A DNA stretch of 63,662 nucleotides, filler included, from Stramenopiles sp. TOSAG23-6 (lineage: Eukaryota), in the NCBI GenBank assembly GCA_900128565.1. It is 7 parts of 7 records of this genome, joined end to end, with 100 filler letters (N's around TTAATTAATTAA, not from the genome) between each part and the next. Parts side by side here need not be neighbours in the genome. Positions count along the whole stretch, not along the records: positions 48,622 to 60,652 come from LT636224.1; 6 more parts are not named here. One strand, given 5' to 3'. A model generated the notes under the pieces. It saw only the letters and a list, made by a program, of their open reading frames with translations, was not told the origin of the DNA and did no database searches. The position numbers and the translations under genes are program-made. Every line of letters starts with the position of its first letter. Positions within the stretch are counted from its first letter, which is position 1. Positions 50,154 through 60,752 of this stretch are shown in pieces.

Positions 50154-50691
50154 AATCAATGATATGCTTTTGTGACAATGATGTTTATTCTCTCACTGAA
50201 AAAGTTTCTTGTGACAAAGATGTTTGTTGTTTCGCTGAAAACGTTTCTTGCGACAATGATGTTTGTCCTCTCACTGAAAAAAGTGTTTTCAAGCTATGTC
50301 TAGTAAAGATTTTAAGATTTTTATTGAACTTTCTACAATTTCAATGAATCGATACCGAAACCTTGAATGACCGATGCTTCGATAATAAATAAACCCCGAA
50401 ATTTAAATCTCCTATATATTAAATTAATAAATTCAATAAATTCAAAATTATAAAGCTTACTCTTAAAAATGCTCAGATGACATGCGTTTACCAGGTGATG
50501 GATTCCAAATCTCACCCATTAGACCACTATACCATCTACTATATAAAATTCTTTGTACTGTTTTTATTATAACTTTTTTAATCTTGATAAAATTAAAAAA
50601 TAATATTTCATATCTGGAATACACACGAAATACAAAAAATATCTACAAGTACACACGAAATACAAAAAATATCTACAATTTTTTTTGTCCT

Positions 50692-50794
50692 TTTTTGCTT
50701 TTGCTTTTGCTTTTGTTGCTTTTGCTTTTGTTGCTTTTGGTTTTGTTGCTTTTGCTTTTGTTGCTTTTGCTTTTGTTGCTTTTGTTGCTTTTGC
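50692..50794. repeat. TTTTGC/TTG microsatellite-like tract upstream of tRNA-Lys (mirror 58480-58582)
   Basis: Direct reading of repeated ttttgc and ttg units. Confidence 0.85.
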
Positions 50795-50865
50795 TGTACG
50801 TACATTTAGACCGTGTAGATTTCGTGTTCGATTGATGGATTGTTCTTTGCAACTCAGTCGCCGTG

Positions 50866-50938
50866 ACCCGTCTAGCTCAGTTGGCAGAGCGCCAGACTCT
50901 TAATCTGGTGGTCGTGGGTTCGAGCCCCACGGTGGGTG
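50866..50938 (+). tRNA. tRNA-Lys (CTT)
   Basis: Acceptor stem ACCCGTC/GGTGGGT, D-arm TAGCTCAGTTGGCAGAGC, anticodon arm CCAGA-CTCTTAA-TCTGG, GGTTCGAGCC T-loop, followed by a T-run. Confidence 0.96.
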
Positions 50939-51201
50939 TTTTGTTTTTTTGGCCTATAATATTATACGCTTTCGTATTTATAGTCTTTTTTTTTTTTTTT
51001 TTGAGATTTAGAATTTTAGATTTGAAATTTGAAATTCTGCCGTTAAATTTTTTTTTCAAGATTTTAAATTCTGAATTTTGTAAAATACGGCTACAGGTGC
51101 TCTGTGTGAATTAATTGGAATTGGAATTTGGATACGTACGTTATAATCGTAATGTAAAATACATTCGTCCTAAATTAGTTGTAAGCACCAAAAAAAAGAA
51201 A

Positions 51202-51879
51202 ATGACTATGAGTATCAAGAAGTGTCTTTCAAGTATTATGCTTATTACGATAAGCTATTTTTCGTTTGCAGCACCACAATCTCAACCACAACAACCACTA
51301 ACACCACCAGCATCTCCACCAACACAACAACTAGCATCTCCACCAGAACAACAACCACCAGCACCAGTAACACAATTACAGGGAAATGTTACCGGCGGTC
51401 ACGGTCATGGTGGTGCACAAGCAGACGCAAACGCAAAAGTAGCAGCAAAAGCGGAGGCAGACGCAAAAGCAGCAGCAGAAGAAGCAAAGGCAGCAAAAGA
51501 ATTGGCAGAAGCAGAAATACAAGCAGAAGCAGCGAAAGCTGCGACGTGTACTGCCCATTCAGACTGTAGTGATGAGGAATATTGCTCAGCGAATAAAGTG
51601 TGCACCAAGAGGCTTGAGTTGACTAAAGTCTGCAAAGACGACCACGAGTGTCTTTCAGATTGGTGCGAAAAAGAAGAAGCTACATCGATAGACAAAACAT
51701 GCCTACCATGGCACGCGCACGCCGACGATATAGACGATACAAATTTTCCCTCTTGGTGGATACTTCTTTTGGCTATTGGTTTGCCACTGTGTACTGTGTG
51801 TATTTGCATTGGAAGTTTAGGATACTTTGGTGTCATAGTATGCTCAAGACTTACCAGTAAGCCCAAGACTTACCAGTAA
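51202..51879 (+). CDS. Type I membrane protein (signal peptide, P/Q-rich and A-rich segments, Cys-rich module, TM)
   Basis: ORF composition; CTAHSDCSDEEYC...CKDDHECLSDWC; Cys-rich TM helix. Confidence 0.7.
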   Translation: MTMSIKKCLSSIMLITISYFSFAAPQSQPQQPLTPPASPPTQQLASPPEQQPPAPVTQLQGNVTGGHGHGGAQADANAKVAAKAEADAKAAAEEAKAAKELAEAEIQAEAAKAATCTAHSDCSDEEYCSANKVCTKRLELTKVCKDDHECLSDWCEKEEATSIDKTCLPWHAHADDIDDTNFPSWWILLLAIGLPLCTVCICIGSLGYFGVIVCSRLTSKPKTYQ

Positions 51880-51975
51880 GCCCAAGACTTACCAGTAGGC
51901 CTCCACCTACCCAGCAACATTGTGTTCAGCTACCCACTGTTGTGGAAGTTGTGACACAATAAAATATTGTAGCTA

Positions 51976-52164
51976 TTGCATATAATATTTTATTGGGTTA
52001 TATATAAATCAAGTTCCATCGTTGCAAAACTTATCAAAAAAGGTGCTAATGTTAATAAGGGTTGTCCCCATGATCAGACCAATTGGACCCCATTGCGTGT
52101 TGCTTCAGAGAATGGTAATACCTCAGTAGTTCAACTACTTCTTGAAGCTGGTGCTGAGATGTGA
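51976..52164 (+). pseudogene. Ankyrin-repeat gene fragment (mirror 57110-57298)
   Basis: LIKKGANVN...NWTPLRVASENGNTSVVQLLLEAGA; no ATG start, early stop. Confidence 0.55.
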
Positions 52165-52374
52165 ACGTCTTGACAAAAGAACAGAAAGAAGAAGCACGTA
52201 TCTTTGCTGCTAATTAAACATTTAAAGAAATAGAAATTAAATAAATTTGTATTTCGATTTGTATTTCGTGTTTTTTTTAAAGACAAAAAAAATTGAAAAT
52301 CTCAAAAAGAAAGATACTGTTTTTGTTTTTTTGGATCATCTTTTACAGTTTGAACGCCGTATTGTTTTGTTTAG

Positions 52375-53367
52375 ATGTTGATTCGATATTGTACGATGGC
52401 AAAACAAACATATAGAATAAAATGGCTTATATTAGTATATTTTATTTCGTTATTTAAAATAACAAATTGTTTGAAGAGAAATATAGGTAATAAAATGCAG
52501 GCTAACGTATATGTCTGTGATTGCACACTATCGAACGCATCCCCGTGTAGAGAACAGTGTATTGCAGTTGCACGTACAGCATATGTGACAAATGAAAAGC
52601 AAAAGTATCAGCAAGTATATCATGGAAACACTTTCGACACAAGTACTGATAGAAAAACTGGTACTCAAAGTAAGGATAATAAAGAGACCGATAGGGCTTT
52701 GTCCAAAAATGTACAAAACGAAACAAAATATGAAGAGCATATCAATGATAGTATCAAGGGTGTTAAAAAAGAATTAGATAAAAGTAGTTATAATAATAAT
52801 ATATTGAACAACGCTGATACTGGTAATCCAAGATTTCGAAACAAAGAATATGTTAAAGAAAAAGATGTTAAAAAAGAAAATGGGAAAGAAAAAGATGTTA
52901 AAAAAGAAGATGTTAAAAAAGAATATGGTAAAGAAAAAGATGTTAAAAAAGAATATGGGAAAGAAACAGATGTTAAAAAAGAATATGGTAAAGAAAAAGA
53001 TGTTAAAAAAGAATATGGTAAAAAAGAATATGGTAAAGAAAAACATGTTAAAAAAGAATATGGTAAAAAAGAATATGATAAAGAAAAAGATGTTAGTACC
53101 AATACTGTTGTACCTAAGGAATTAGCGTTTGAAAAGAATGACGTGTATACCACCGACGTAGAAGATATTGCCGAGAATAATGTAAATCAAGATGCGACAC
53201 GTTTTAGAGAGATTGACAATTCTCAATATGATGAACAAATTTTGAAGGTCAAACATGAAATTGAAAAGGTAAATCAAAGAATTCTGTTAGAAAAAAATGA
53301 AATTCAACTACAAAAAGTTGAAGATAAAATTGACTATCTTCAACAAAGACTTACATTTCTATCTTAA
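52375..53367 (+). CDS. Secreted protein with KEKDVKKEYG tandem repeats and C-terminal coiled coil
   Basis: Hydrophobic N-terminus, CDC..C..C motif, 30-bp coding repeat at about 52845-53095. Confidence 0.7.
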   Translation: MLIRYCTMAKQTYRIKWLILVYFISLFKITNCLKRNIGNKMQANVYVCDCTLSNASPCREQCIAVARTAYVTNEKQKYQQVYHGNTFDTSTDRKTGTQSKDNKETDRALSKNVQNETKYEEHINDSIKGVKKELDKSSYNNNILNNADTGNPRFRNKEYVKEKDVKKENGKEKDVKKEDVKKEYGKEKDVKKEYGKETDVKKEYGKEKDVKKEYGKKEYGKEKHVKKEYGKKEYDKEKDVSTNTVVPKELAFEKNDVYTTDVEDIAENNVNQDATRFREIDNSQYDEQILKVKHEIEKVNQRILLEKNEIQLQKVEDKIDYLQQRLTFLS

Positions 53368-54297
53368 AATATAAAATTGATTATCTATAACAAAGATTTT
53401 ATTTTTTATTTGGGGTATTTGTACAATGTGTTTAATATTAAGTAGTAGTATTTGTTTGAAAACATGCTTATGAAATGTTTGCAAGAGTAAATTTTGCTTA
53501 GTATTCCGCTTCTGTTTACATACTGTATTTTATTTATTCTATAGATGGTGATTTTACTCACTAAAATGAAATGAGTAAATCTGGAATACATTTTAGTGAG
53601 TTTTAGTGAGTAAAATCATCATAATAGATCTAGGATAAATAAAATACAGTACTTATTTTTTTTTTTTCCAATTTGGTATACTTAGGGTTAGGGTTTTTTT
53701 TTGAAGGTAATCGTATAAAAAATCAAAAAATCATTAAAATTGTGACTCGTTGAACCAAGTCGAAGTTGACCGCCGTCTTCTTCTCTCTCTCTCTCTCTTC
53801 TCTCACTGTTTCTTTCTTTTTTTAAAGTAAACAGAGTACTTACATAGCGTCAATATCTCGCACAACATATTATTGTTTACTATACTATTTCTATACTGGC
53901 TTATTTCAGTGTTTTCATCACAATACAGCAATATTGTAGAACTGCTTCCAACGGTGCTGACATCATACAAAGTAAAATTTTTGAAAAGTACTATTGAAAT
54001 TCTTTCTAGTCAAATCATAGTCAATATATGCGTGTTGACAATACTATCAAATACAAACTGTATTATTGAGTTACCACACACAATTTTCAAAAAAGTACAA
54101 TGCCGAGGCTTAATCTCTCGGAGGAACAAGTTCGTGAAAACATGGAACGTTGGCATAATCTTCCTAGACTTACATTTAGTTTGACAAAGGCTCCCAACGA
54201 CTTTAATGTGAGAGATGGTTCTTCTTACAAGGAAGGTGTAATCATGTATGCCGGGACGTTTGTGTGGCTTGCATTGCTTTTAACAATCATTGGTTTT

Positions 54298-55174
54298 TGT
54301 GAAAATATTTCAGAAATTTTTTTAAAAAATTTTTTAAAATATTTTGTTAGGTATGAAATTTCGTACCAAAAAAAAAAAAAAATAAAAAAATAATAAAATG
54401 ATGAAAAATTTACGTACATATCGAACAGTATCAAACAAAAATGTTGAACTGTCAATATTTGTACCTAAATTATCCATATTAAAGATCGCATCTTTATGAA
54501 GTTTTTCTACATTTTGGAACAATCCTGTTACTATATCAGGGCTATTCTCTTGAGGTGTAGACTGTAGCATAGCTTTTGCTAATAATGCTTCAATATTTTC
54601 TAAACTTTCAAATAATGTGAAAAAATATTTTTTTTTTTTTTTTTTTTTAGGTACAGAATTTCGTATGAAAAAAAAAAATTTTTTTTTTTTTTTTTTTTTT
54701 TTTTGTTAGGTATGAAATTTTGTATTTTTTTTGTGGTTCAAAAAACACAAAAAAACACAAAAAAACAGGTTTTTTTTGAACAATTATAACAATTACGTCT
54801 TATTTGAAAACAATGTACAATGTAAAAATAAATACATTATAAAAGAATGATGAAAACGTACAGAGATAACAACAACAATTCATCCTTTTTTTTTTTGTAT
54901 TGTTGACATTTTGTTGTTGTCGATGGCAGCCAAGTTTTTTCCGTAACCATTTCGAATTTGATACTATGATCAACACAAAACCAATGATTGTTAAAAGCAA
55001 TGCAAGCCACACAAACGTCCCGGCATACATGATTACACCTTCCTTGTAAGAAGAACCATCTCTCACATTAAAGTCGTTGGGAGCCTTTGTCAAACTAAAT
55101 GTAAGTCTAGGAAGATTATGCCAACGTTCCATGTTTTCACGAACTTGTTCCTCCGAGAGATTAAGCCTCGGCAT
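54298..55174 (-). CDS. Tweety-like membrane protein, N-terminal exons (truncated; partial mirror 54100-54297)
   Basis: WHNLPRLTFSLTKAPNDFN...YKEGVIMYAG followed by a TM helix resembles the TTYH N-terminus; downstream exon structure unresolved. Confidence 0.55.
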
Positions 55175-55906
55175 TGTACTTTTTTGAAAATTGTGTGTGG
55201 TAACTCAATAATACAGTTTGTATTTGATAGTATTGTCAACACGCATATATTGACTATGATTTGACTAGAAAGAATTTCAATAGTACTTTTCAAAAATTTT
55301 ACTTTGTATGATGTCAGCACCGTTGGAAGCAGTTCTACAATATTGCTGTATTGTGATGAAAACACTGAAATAAGCCAGTATAGAAATAGTATAGTAAACA
55401 ATAATATGTTGTGCGAGATATTGACGCTATGTAAGTACTCTGTTTACTTTAAAAAAAGAAAGAAACAGTGAGAGAAGAGAGAGAGAGAGAGAAGAAGACG
55501 GCGGTCAACTTCGACTTGGTTCAACGAGTCACAATTTTAATGATTTTTTGATTTTTTATACGATTACCTTCAAAAAAAAACCCTAACCCTAAGTATACCA
55601 AATTGGAAAAAAAAAAAATAAGTACTGTATTTTATTTATCCTAGATCTATTATGATGATTTTACTCACTAAAACTCACTAAAATGTATTCCAGATTTACT
55701 CATTTCATTTTAGTGAGTAAAATCACCATCTATAGAATAAATAAAATACAGTATGTAAACAGAAGCGGAATACTAAGCAAAATTTACTCTTGCAAACATT
55801 TCATAAGCATGTTTTCAAACAAATACTACTACTTAATATTAAACACATTGTACAAATACCCCAAATAAAAAATAAAATCTTTGTTATAGATAATCAATTT
55901 TATATT

Positions 55907-56899
55907 TTAAGATAGAAATGTAAGTCTTTGTTGAAGATAGTCAATTTTATCTTCAACTTTTTGTAGTTGAATTTCATTTTTTTCTAACAGAATTCTTTGA
56001 TTTACCTTTTCAATTTCATGTTTGACCTTCAAAATTTGTTCATCATATTGAGAATTGTCAATCTCTCTAAAACGTGTCGCATCTTGATTTACATTATTCT
56101 CGGCAATATCTTCTACGTCGGTGGTATACACGTCATTCTTTTCAAACGCTAATTCCTTAGGTACAACAGTATTGGTACTAACATCTTTTTCTTTATCATA
56201 TTCTTTTTTACCATATTCTTTTTTAACATGTTTTTCTTTACCATATTCTTTTTTACCATATTCTTTTTTAACATCTTTTTCTTTACCATATTCTTTTTTA
56301 ACATCTGTTTCTTTCCCATATTCTTTTTTAACATCTTTTTCTTTACCATATTCTTTTTTAACATCTTCTTTTTTAACATCTTTTTCTTTCCCATTTTCTT
56401 TTTTAACATCTTTTTCTTTAACATATTCTTTGTTTCGAAATCTTGGATTACCAGTATCAGCGTTGTTCAATATATTATTATTATAACTACTTTTATCTAA
56501 TTCTTTTTTAACACCCTTGATACTATCATTGATATGCTCTTCATATTTTGTTTCGTTTTGTACATTTTTGGACAAAGCCCTATCGGTCTCTTTATTATCC
56601 TTACTTTGAGTACCAGTTTTTCTATCAGTACTTGTGTCGAAAGTGTTTCCATGATATACTTGCTGATACTTTTGCTTTTCATTTGTCACATATGCTGTAC
56701 GTGCAACTGCAATACACTGTTCTCTACACGGGGATGCGTTCGATAGTGTGCAATCACAGACATATACGTTAGCCTGCATTTTATTACCTATATTTCTCTT
56801 CAAACAATTTGTTATTTTAAATAACGAAATAAAATATACTAATATAAGCCATTTTATTCTATATGTTTGTTTTGCCATCGTACAATATCGAATCAACAT
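55907..56899 (-). CDS. Mirror copy of 52375..53367
   Basis: Identical translation. Confidence 0.7.
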   Translation of the reverse strand: MLIRYCTMAKQTYRIKWLILVYFISLFKITNCLKRNIGNKMQANVYVCDCTLSNASPCREQCIAVARTAYVTNEKQKYQQVYHGNTFDTSTDRKTGTQSKDNKETDRALSKNVQNETKYEEHINDSIKGVKKELDKSSYNNNILNNADTGNPRFRNKEYVKEKDVKKENGKEKDVKKEDVKKEYGKEKDVKKEYGKETDVKKEYGKEKDVKKEYGKKEYGKEKHVKKEYGKKEYDKEKDVSTNTVVPKELAFEKNDVYTTDVEDIAENNVNQDATRFREIDNSQYDEQILKVKHEIEKVNQRILLEKNEIQLQKVEDKIDYLQQRLTFLS

Positions 56900-57394
56900 C
56901 TAAACAAAACAATACGGCGTTCAAACTGTAAAAGATGATCCAAAAAAACAAAAACAGTATCTTTCTTTTTGAGATTTTCAATTTTTTTTGTCTTTAAAAA
57001 AAACACGAAATACAAATCGAAATACAAATTTATTTAATTTCTATTTCTTTAAATGTTTAATTAGCAGCAAAGATACGTGCTTCTTCTTTCTGTTCTTTTG
57101 TCAAGACGTTCACATCTCAGCACCAGCTTCAAGAAGTAGTTGAACTACTGAGGTATTACCATTCTCTGAAGCAACACGCAATGGGGTCCAATTGGTCTGA
57201 TCATGGGGACAACCCTTATTAACATTAGCACCTTTTTTGATAAGTTTTGCAACGATGGAACTTGATTTATATATAACCCAATAAAATATTATATGCAATA
57301 GCTACAATATTTTATTGTGTCACAACTTCCACAACAGTGGGTAGCTGAACACAATGTTGCTGGGTAGGTGGAGGCCTACTGGTAAGTCTTGGGC

Positions 57395-58072
57395 TTACTG
57401 GTAAGTCTTGGGCTTACTGGTAAGTCTTGAGCATACTATGACACCAAAGTATCCTAAACTTCCAATGCAAATACACACAGTACACAGTGGCAAACCAATA
57501 GCCAAAAGAAGTATCCACCAAGAGGGAAAATTTGTATCGTCTATATCGTCGGCGTGCGCGTGCCATGGTAGGCATGTTTTGTCTATCGATGTAGCTTCTT
57601 CTTTTTCGCACCAATCTGAAAGACACTCGTGGTCGTCTTTGCAGACTTTAGTCAACTCAAGCCTCTTGGTGCACACTTTATTCGCTGAGCAATATTCCTC
57701 ATCACTACAGTCTGAATGGGCAGTACACGTCGCAGCTTTCGCTGCTTCTGCTTGTATTTCTGCTTCTGCCAATTCTTTTGCTGCCTTTGCTTCTTCTGCT
57801 GCTGCTTTTGCGTCTGCCTCCGCTTTTGCTGCTACTTTTGCGTTTGCGTCTGCTTGTGCACCACCATGACCGTGACCGCCGGTAACATTTCCCTGTAATT
57901 GTGTTACTGGTGCTGGTGGTTGTTGTTCTGGTGGAGATGCTAGTTGTTGTGTTGGTGGAGATGCTGGTGGTGTTAGTGGTTGTTGTGGTTGAGATTGTGG
58001 TGCTGCAAACGAAAAATAGCTTATCGTAATAAGCATAATACTTGAAAGACACTTCTTGATACTCATAGTCAT
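57395..58072 (-). CDS. Mirror copy of 51202..51879
   Basis: Identical translation. Confidence 0.7.
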   Translation of the reverse strand: MTMSIKKCLSSIMLITISYFSFAAPQSQPQQPLTPPASPPTQQLASPPEQQPPAPVTQLQGNVTGGHGHGGAQADANAKVAAKAEADAKAAAEEAKAAKELAEAEIQAEAAKAATCTAHSDCSDEEYCSANKVCTKRLELTKVCKDDHECLSDWCEKEEATSIDKTCLPWHAHADDIDDTNFPSWWILLLAIGLPLCTVCICIGSLGYFGVIVCSRLTSKPKTYQ

Positions 58073-58335
58073 TTTCTTTTTTTTGGTGCTTACAACTAAT
58101 TTAGGACGAATGTATTTTACATTACGATTATAACGTACGTATCCAAATTCCAATTCCAATTAATTCACACAGAGCACCTGTAGCCGTATTTTACAAAATT
58201 CAGAATTTAAAATCTTGAAAAAAAAATTTAACGGCAGAATTTCAAATTTCAAATCTAAAATTCTAAATCTCAAAAAAAAAAAAAAAAAGACTATAAATAC
58301 GAAAGCGTATAATATTATAGGCCAAAAAAACAAAA

Positions 58336-58408
58336 CACCCACCGTGGGGCTCGAACCCACGACCACCAGATTAAGAGTCTGGCGCTCTGCCAACTGAGCT
58401 AGACGGGT
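58336..58408 (-). tRNA. tRNA-Lys (CTT), mirror copy
   Basis: Reverse complement of 50866..50938. Confidence 0.95.
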
Positions 58409-59120
58409 CACGGCGACTGAGTTGCAAAGAACAATCCATCAATCGAACACGAAATCTACACGGTCTAAATGTACGTACAGCAAAAGCAACAAAAGCAACA
58501 AAAGCAAAAGCAACAAAAGCAAAAGCAACAAAACCAAAAGCAACAAAAGCAAAAGCAACAAAAGCAAAAGCAAAAGCAAAAAAGGACAAAAAAAATTGTA
58601 GATATTTTTTGTATTTCGTGTGTACTTGTAGATATTTTTTGTATTTCGTGTGTATTCCAGATATGAAATATTATTTTTTAATTTTATCAAGATTAAAAAA
58701 GTTATAATAAAAACAGTACAAAGAATTTTATATAGTAGATGGTATAGTGGTCTAATGGGTGAGATTTGGAATCCATCACCTGGTAAACGCATGTCATCTG
58801 AGCATTTTTAAGAGTAAGCTTTATAATTTTGAATTTATTGAATTTATTAATTTAATATATAGGAGATTTAAATTTCGGGGTTTATTTATTATCGAAGCAT
58901 CGGTCATTCAAGGTTTCGGTATCGATTCATTGAAATTGTAGAAAGTTCAATAAAAATCTTAAAATCTTTACTAGACATAGCTTGAAAACACTTTTTTCAG
59001 TGAGAGGACAAACATCATTGTCGCAAGAAACGTTTTCAGCGAAACAACAAACATCTTTGTCACAAGAAACTTTTTCAGTGAGAGAATAAACATCATTGTC
59101 ACAAAAGCATATCATTGATT

Positions 59121-60550
59121 ATGTTTGGTCATCAAAAAGAGAAAAAAGTGCTACCGGAATCTACTGGCAAAAATATATGTTGTGGTGGATGTTCACAAAT
59201 ATTTTTTTCCGCTTCTGGTACTTCAAAAAGATGCCCAGAATGTCGCGCAAGGTATGCTACAGCATGTACACTTTCAGAAGCCACAAAGTTGAAGAGTAAA
59301 ACAAAGATTGCAGGTTTGGAATTATTTGTTGATGAAGATGAGTTTGCTCATCGTGCCGAACTAGCTGCTCGTTTGAATATGACACCTGAAGGCATCATTG
59401 GCCACATACTTAAAGTTATGCTAGGTTGGGCTGTATGTATTTCAGTATCTCTCCCTTGCATTACAGAATACTTATATTACTATGTCAAGGACGAACCAGT
59501 GGAAATTGCGTGGTTCATGGCATACCGATTCATTCCAGGGTCAATTCTATCTATATACTTTTACCCATTTTTAGGTAGACTTAGTGATCGTAACTTATCC
59601 TCACCCTAATGAAACCTAATGAAACCTAATGAACACGAATGAACACGAATGAGTTGTTCATCTGGTTATCTACACTATTTTTTTCACAGAGAGTTCTATA
59701 TGTTCTATATCTAACCAAAAAAAAACTACTTTTTTGACATATTACCAAATGAATAGGCGTAGGACGTCGTCAATTGTTAGTATTATCACAATGGTGTGGT
59801 GTCTTGGCTGTTTCAATTTGGGTATATATGTTTTCATGATTCATTTCAATTTCGATTACCTAACCCTAATAGTAGGTTTTTTTTTTACAAAATTTCATAC
59901 CTAACTGTAGAAAAAAATTGAATTTTAAATATTTTCNAAACATATATATTTCCCATCAATACCGTCAATATATATTGCATCACTTCTTGGTTCTTTGTGC
60001 TACTTCAGTGTTCCATTAACTCGGTCAATGTTGAGAGATATCCTTCCACGAAAAATGTACGTTGTTTACACCCTACCCCTAACTAGTGCTGTACGTATCT
60101 TTGGATTCCGTACCAATTTTTTGTACTTTTTTTTTTTTAAAGGTTTTTTAGGTTTTTTAGTTTTTTTAGGTTTTTTAGGTATGAAAAAAATGGTACGGAA
60201 TCCAAAGATACGTAGAACACTAACCCTAACTTTAGGCGAAAAACAAACAATATATTTTTCTTTTAAATGAATTTCATTTCTAAACGTGATTGAATTTGAT
60301 ATATTCTTGTTGATTGTATGTGGGATGATAATGATGTATATTTTATTTTTTTTTTTAACAAAAAAATCGATTTTTTTTTTTTTGAAAATTTTGTACCTAA
60401 ACCTAAAAGATTTTTTTTTTTTAATATTTACCCAAAAAACATGGGGGTATATCAACAATATTGTCAACTTTAACACTACATACGTTTTTAGTATCAATTA
60501 TTTCTGGATTTACAGCAGTTATTGTTTTATTATTATTTGGTAATGAGTAT
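59121..60550 (+). CDS. MFS transporter-like protein with N-terminal CxxC...CxxC zinc-ribbon motif (intron 59590-59756 GT-AG; later exons less certain; truncated)
   Basis: Splicing restores MFS motif A, GRLSDR-VGRR; several TM segments; CGGC...CPEC. Confidence 0.65.
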
Positions 60551-60652
60551 GCACGTTTTATTTTTTTTCAATTTTTTACCTAAATTTTTTTTATAGTAAA
60601 TTTTGTACCTAACAAATTTTTTTAGATTTTTTTTGAAATATTTTTCCAAAAT

Positions 60653-60752
60653 NNNNNNNNNNNNNNNNNNNNNNNNNNNNNNNNNNNNNNNNNNNNTTAA
60701 TTAATTAANNNNNNNNNNNNNNNNNNNNNNNNNNNNNNNNNNNNNNNNNNNN
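60653..60752. other. Artificial contig spacer
   Basis: N-run with TTAATTAATTAA. Confidence 0.98.

Larger units (their letters stand above)
48622..60652. repeat. Contig-long inverted repeat: arms 48622-54297 and 54977-60652, unique spacer 54298-54976
   Basis: Every ORF is mirrored with coordinate sum 109274 (e.g. 52375/56899, 51115/58159); even the ambiguous base is mirrored. Confidence 0.97.

Noticed and set aside
50482-51114. Short ORFs (poly-L, QK-rich, MTRLAQLAERQ)
   Set aside because: Translations of the microsatellite and the tRNA gene
51202-58072. Recent gene duplication of surface proteins and tRNA
   Set aside because: Copies are exact mirror images within the probable fold-back artefact
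59590-59750. GT-AT boundary for the first MFS intron
   Set aside because: The AG at 59756 restores the MFS motif GRLSDRVGRR better, so this intron is counted as canonical
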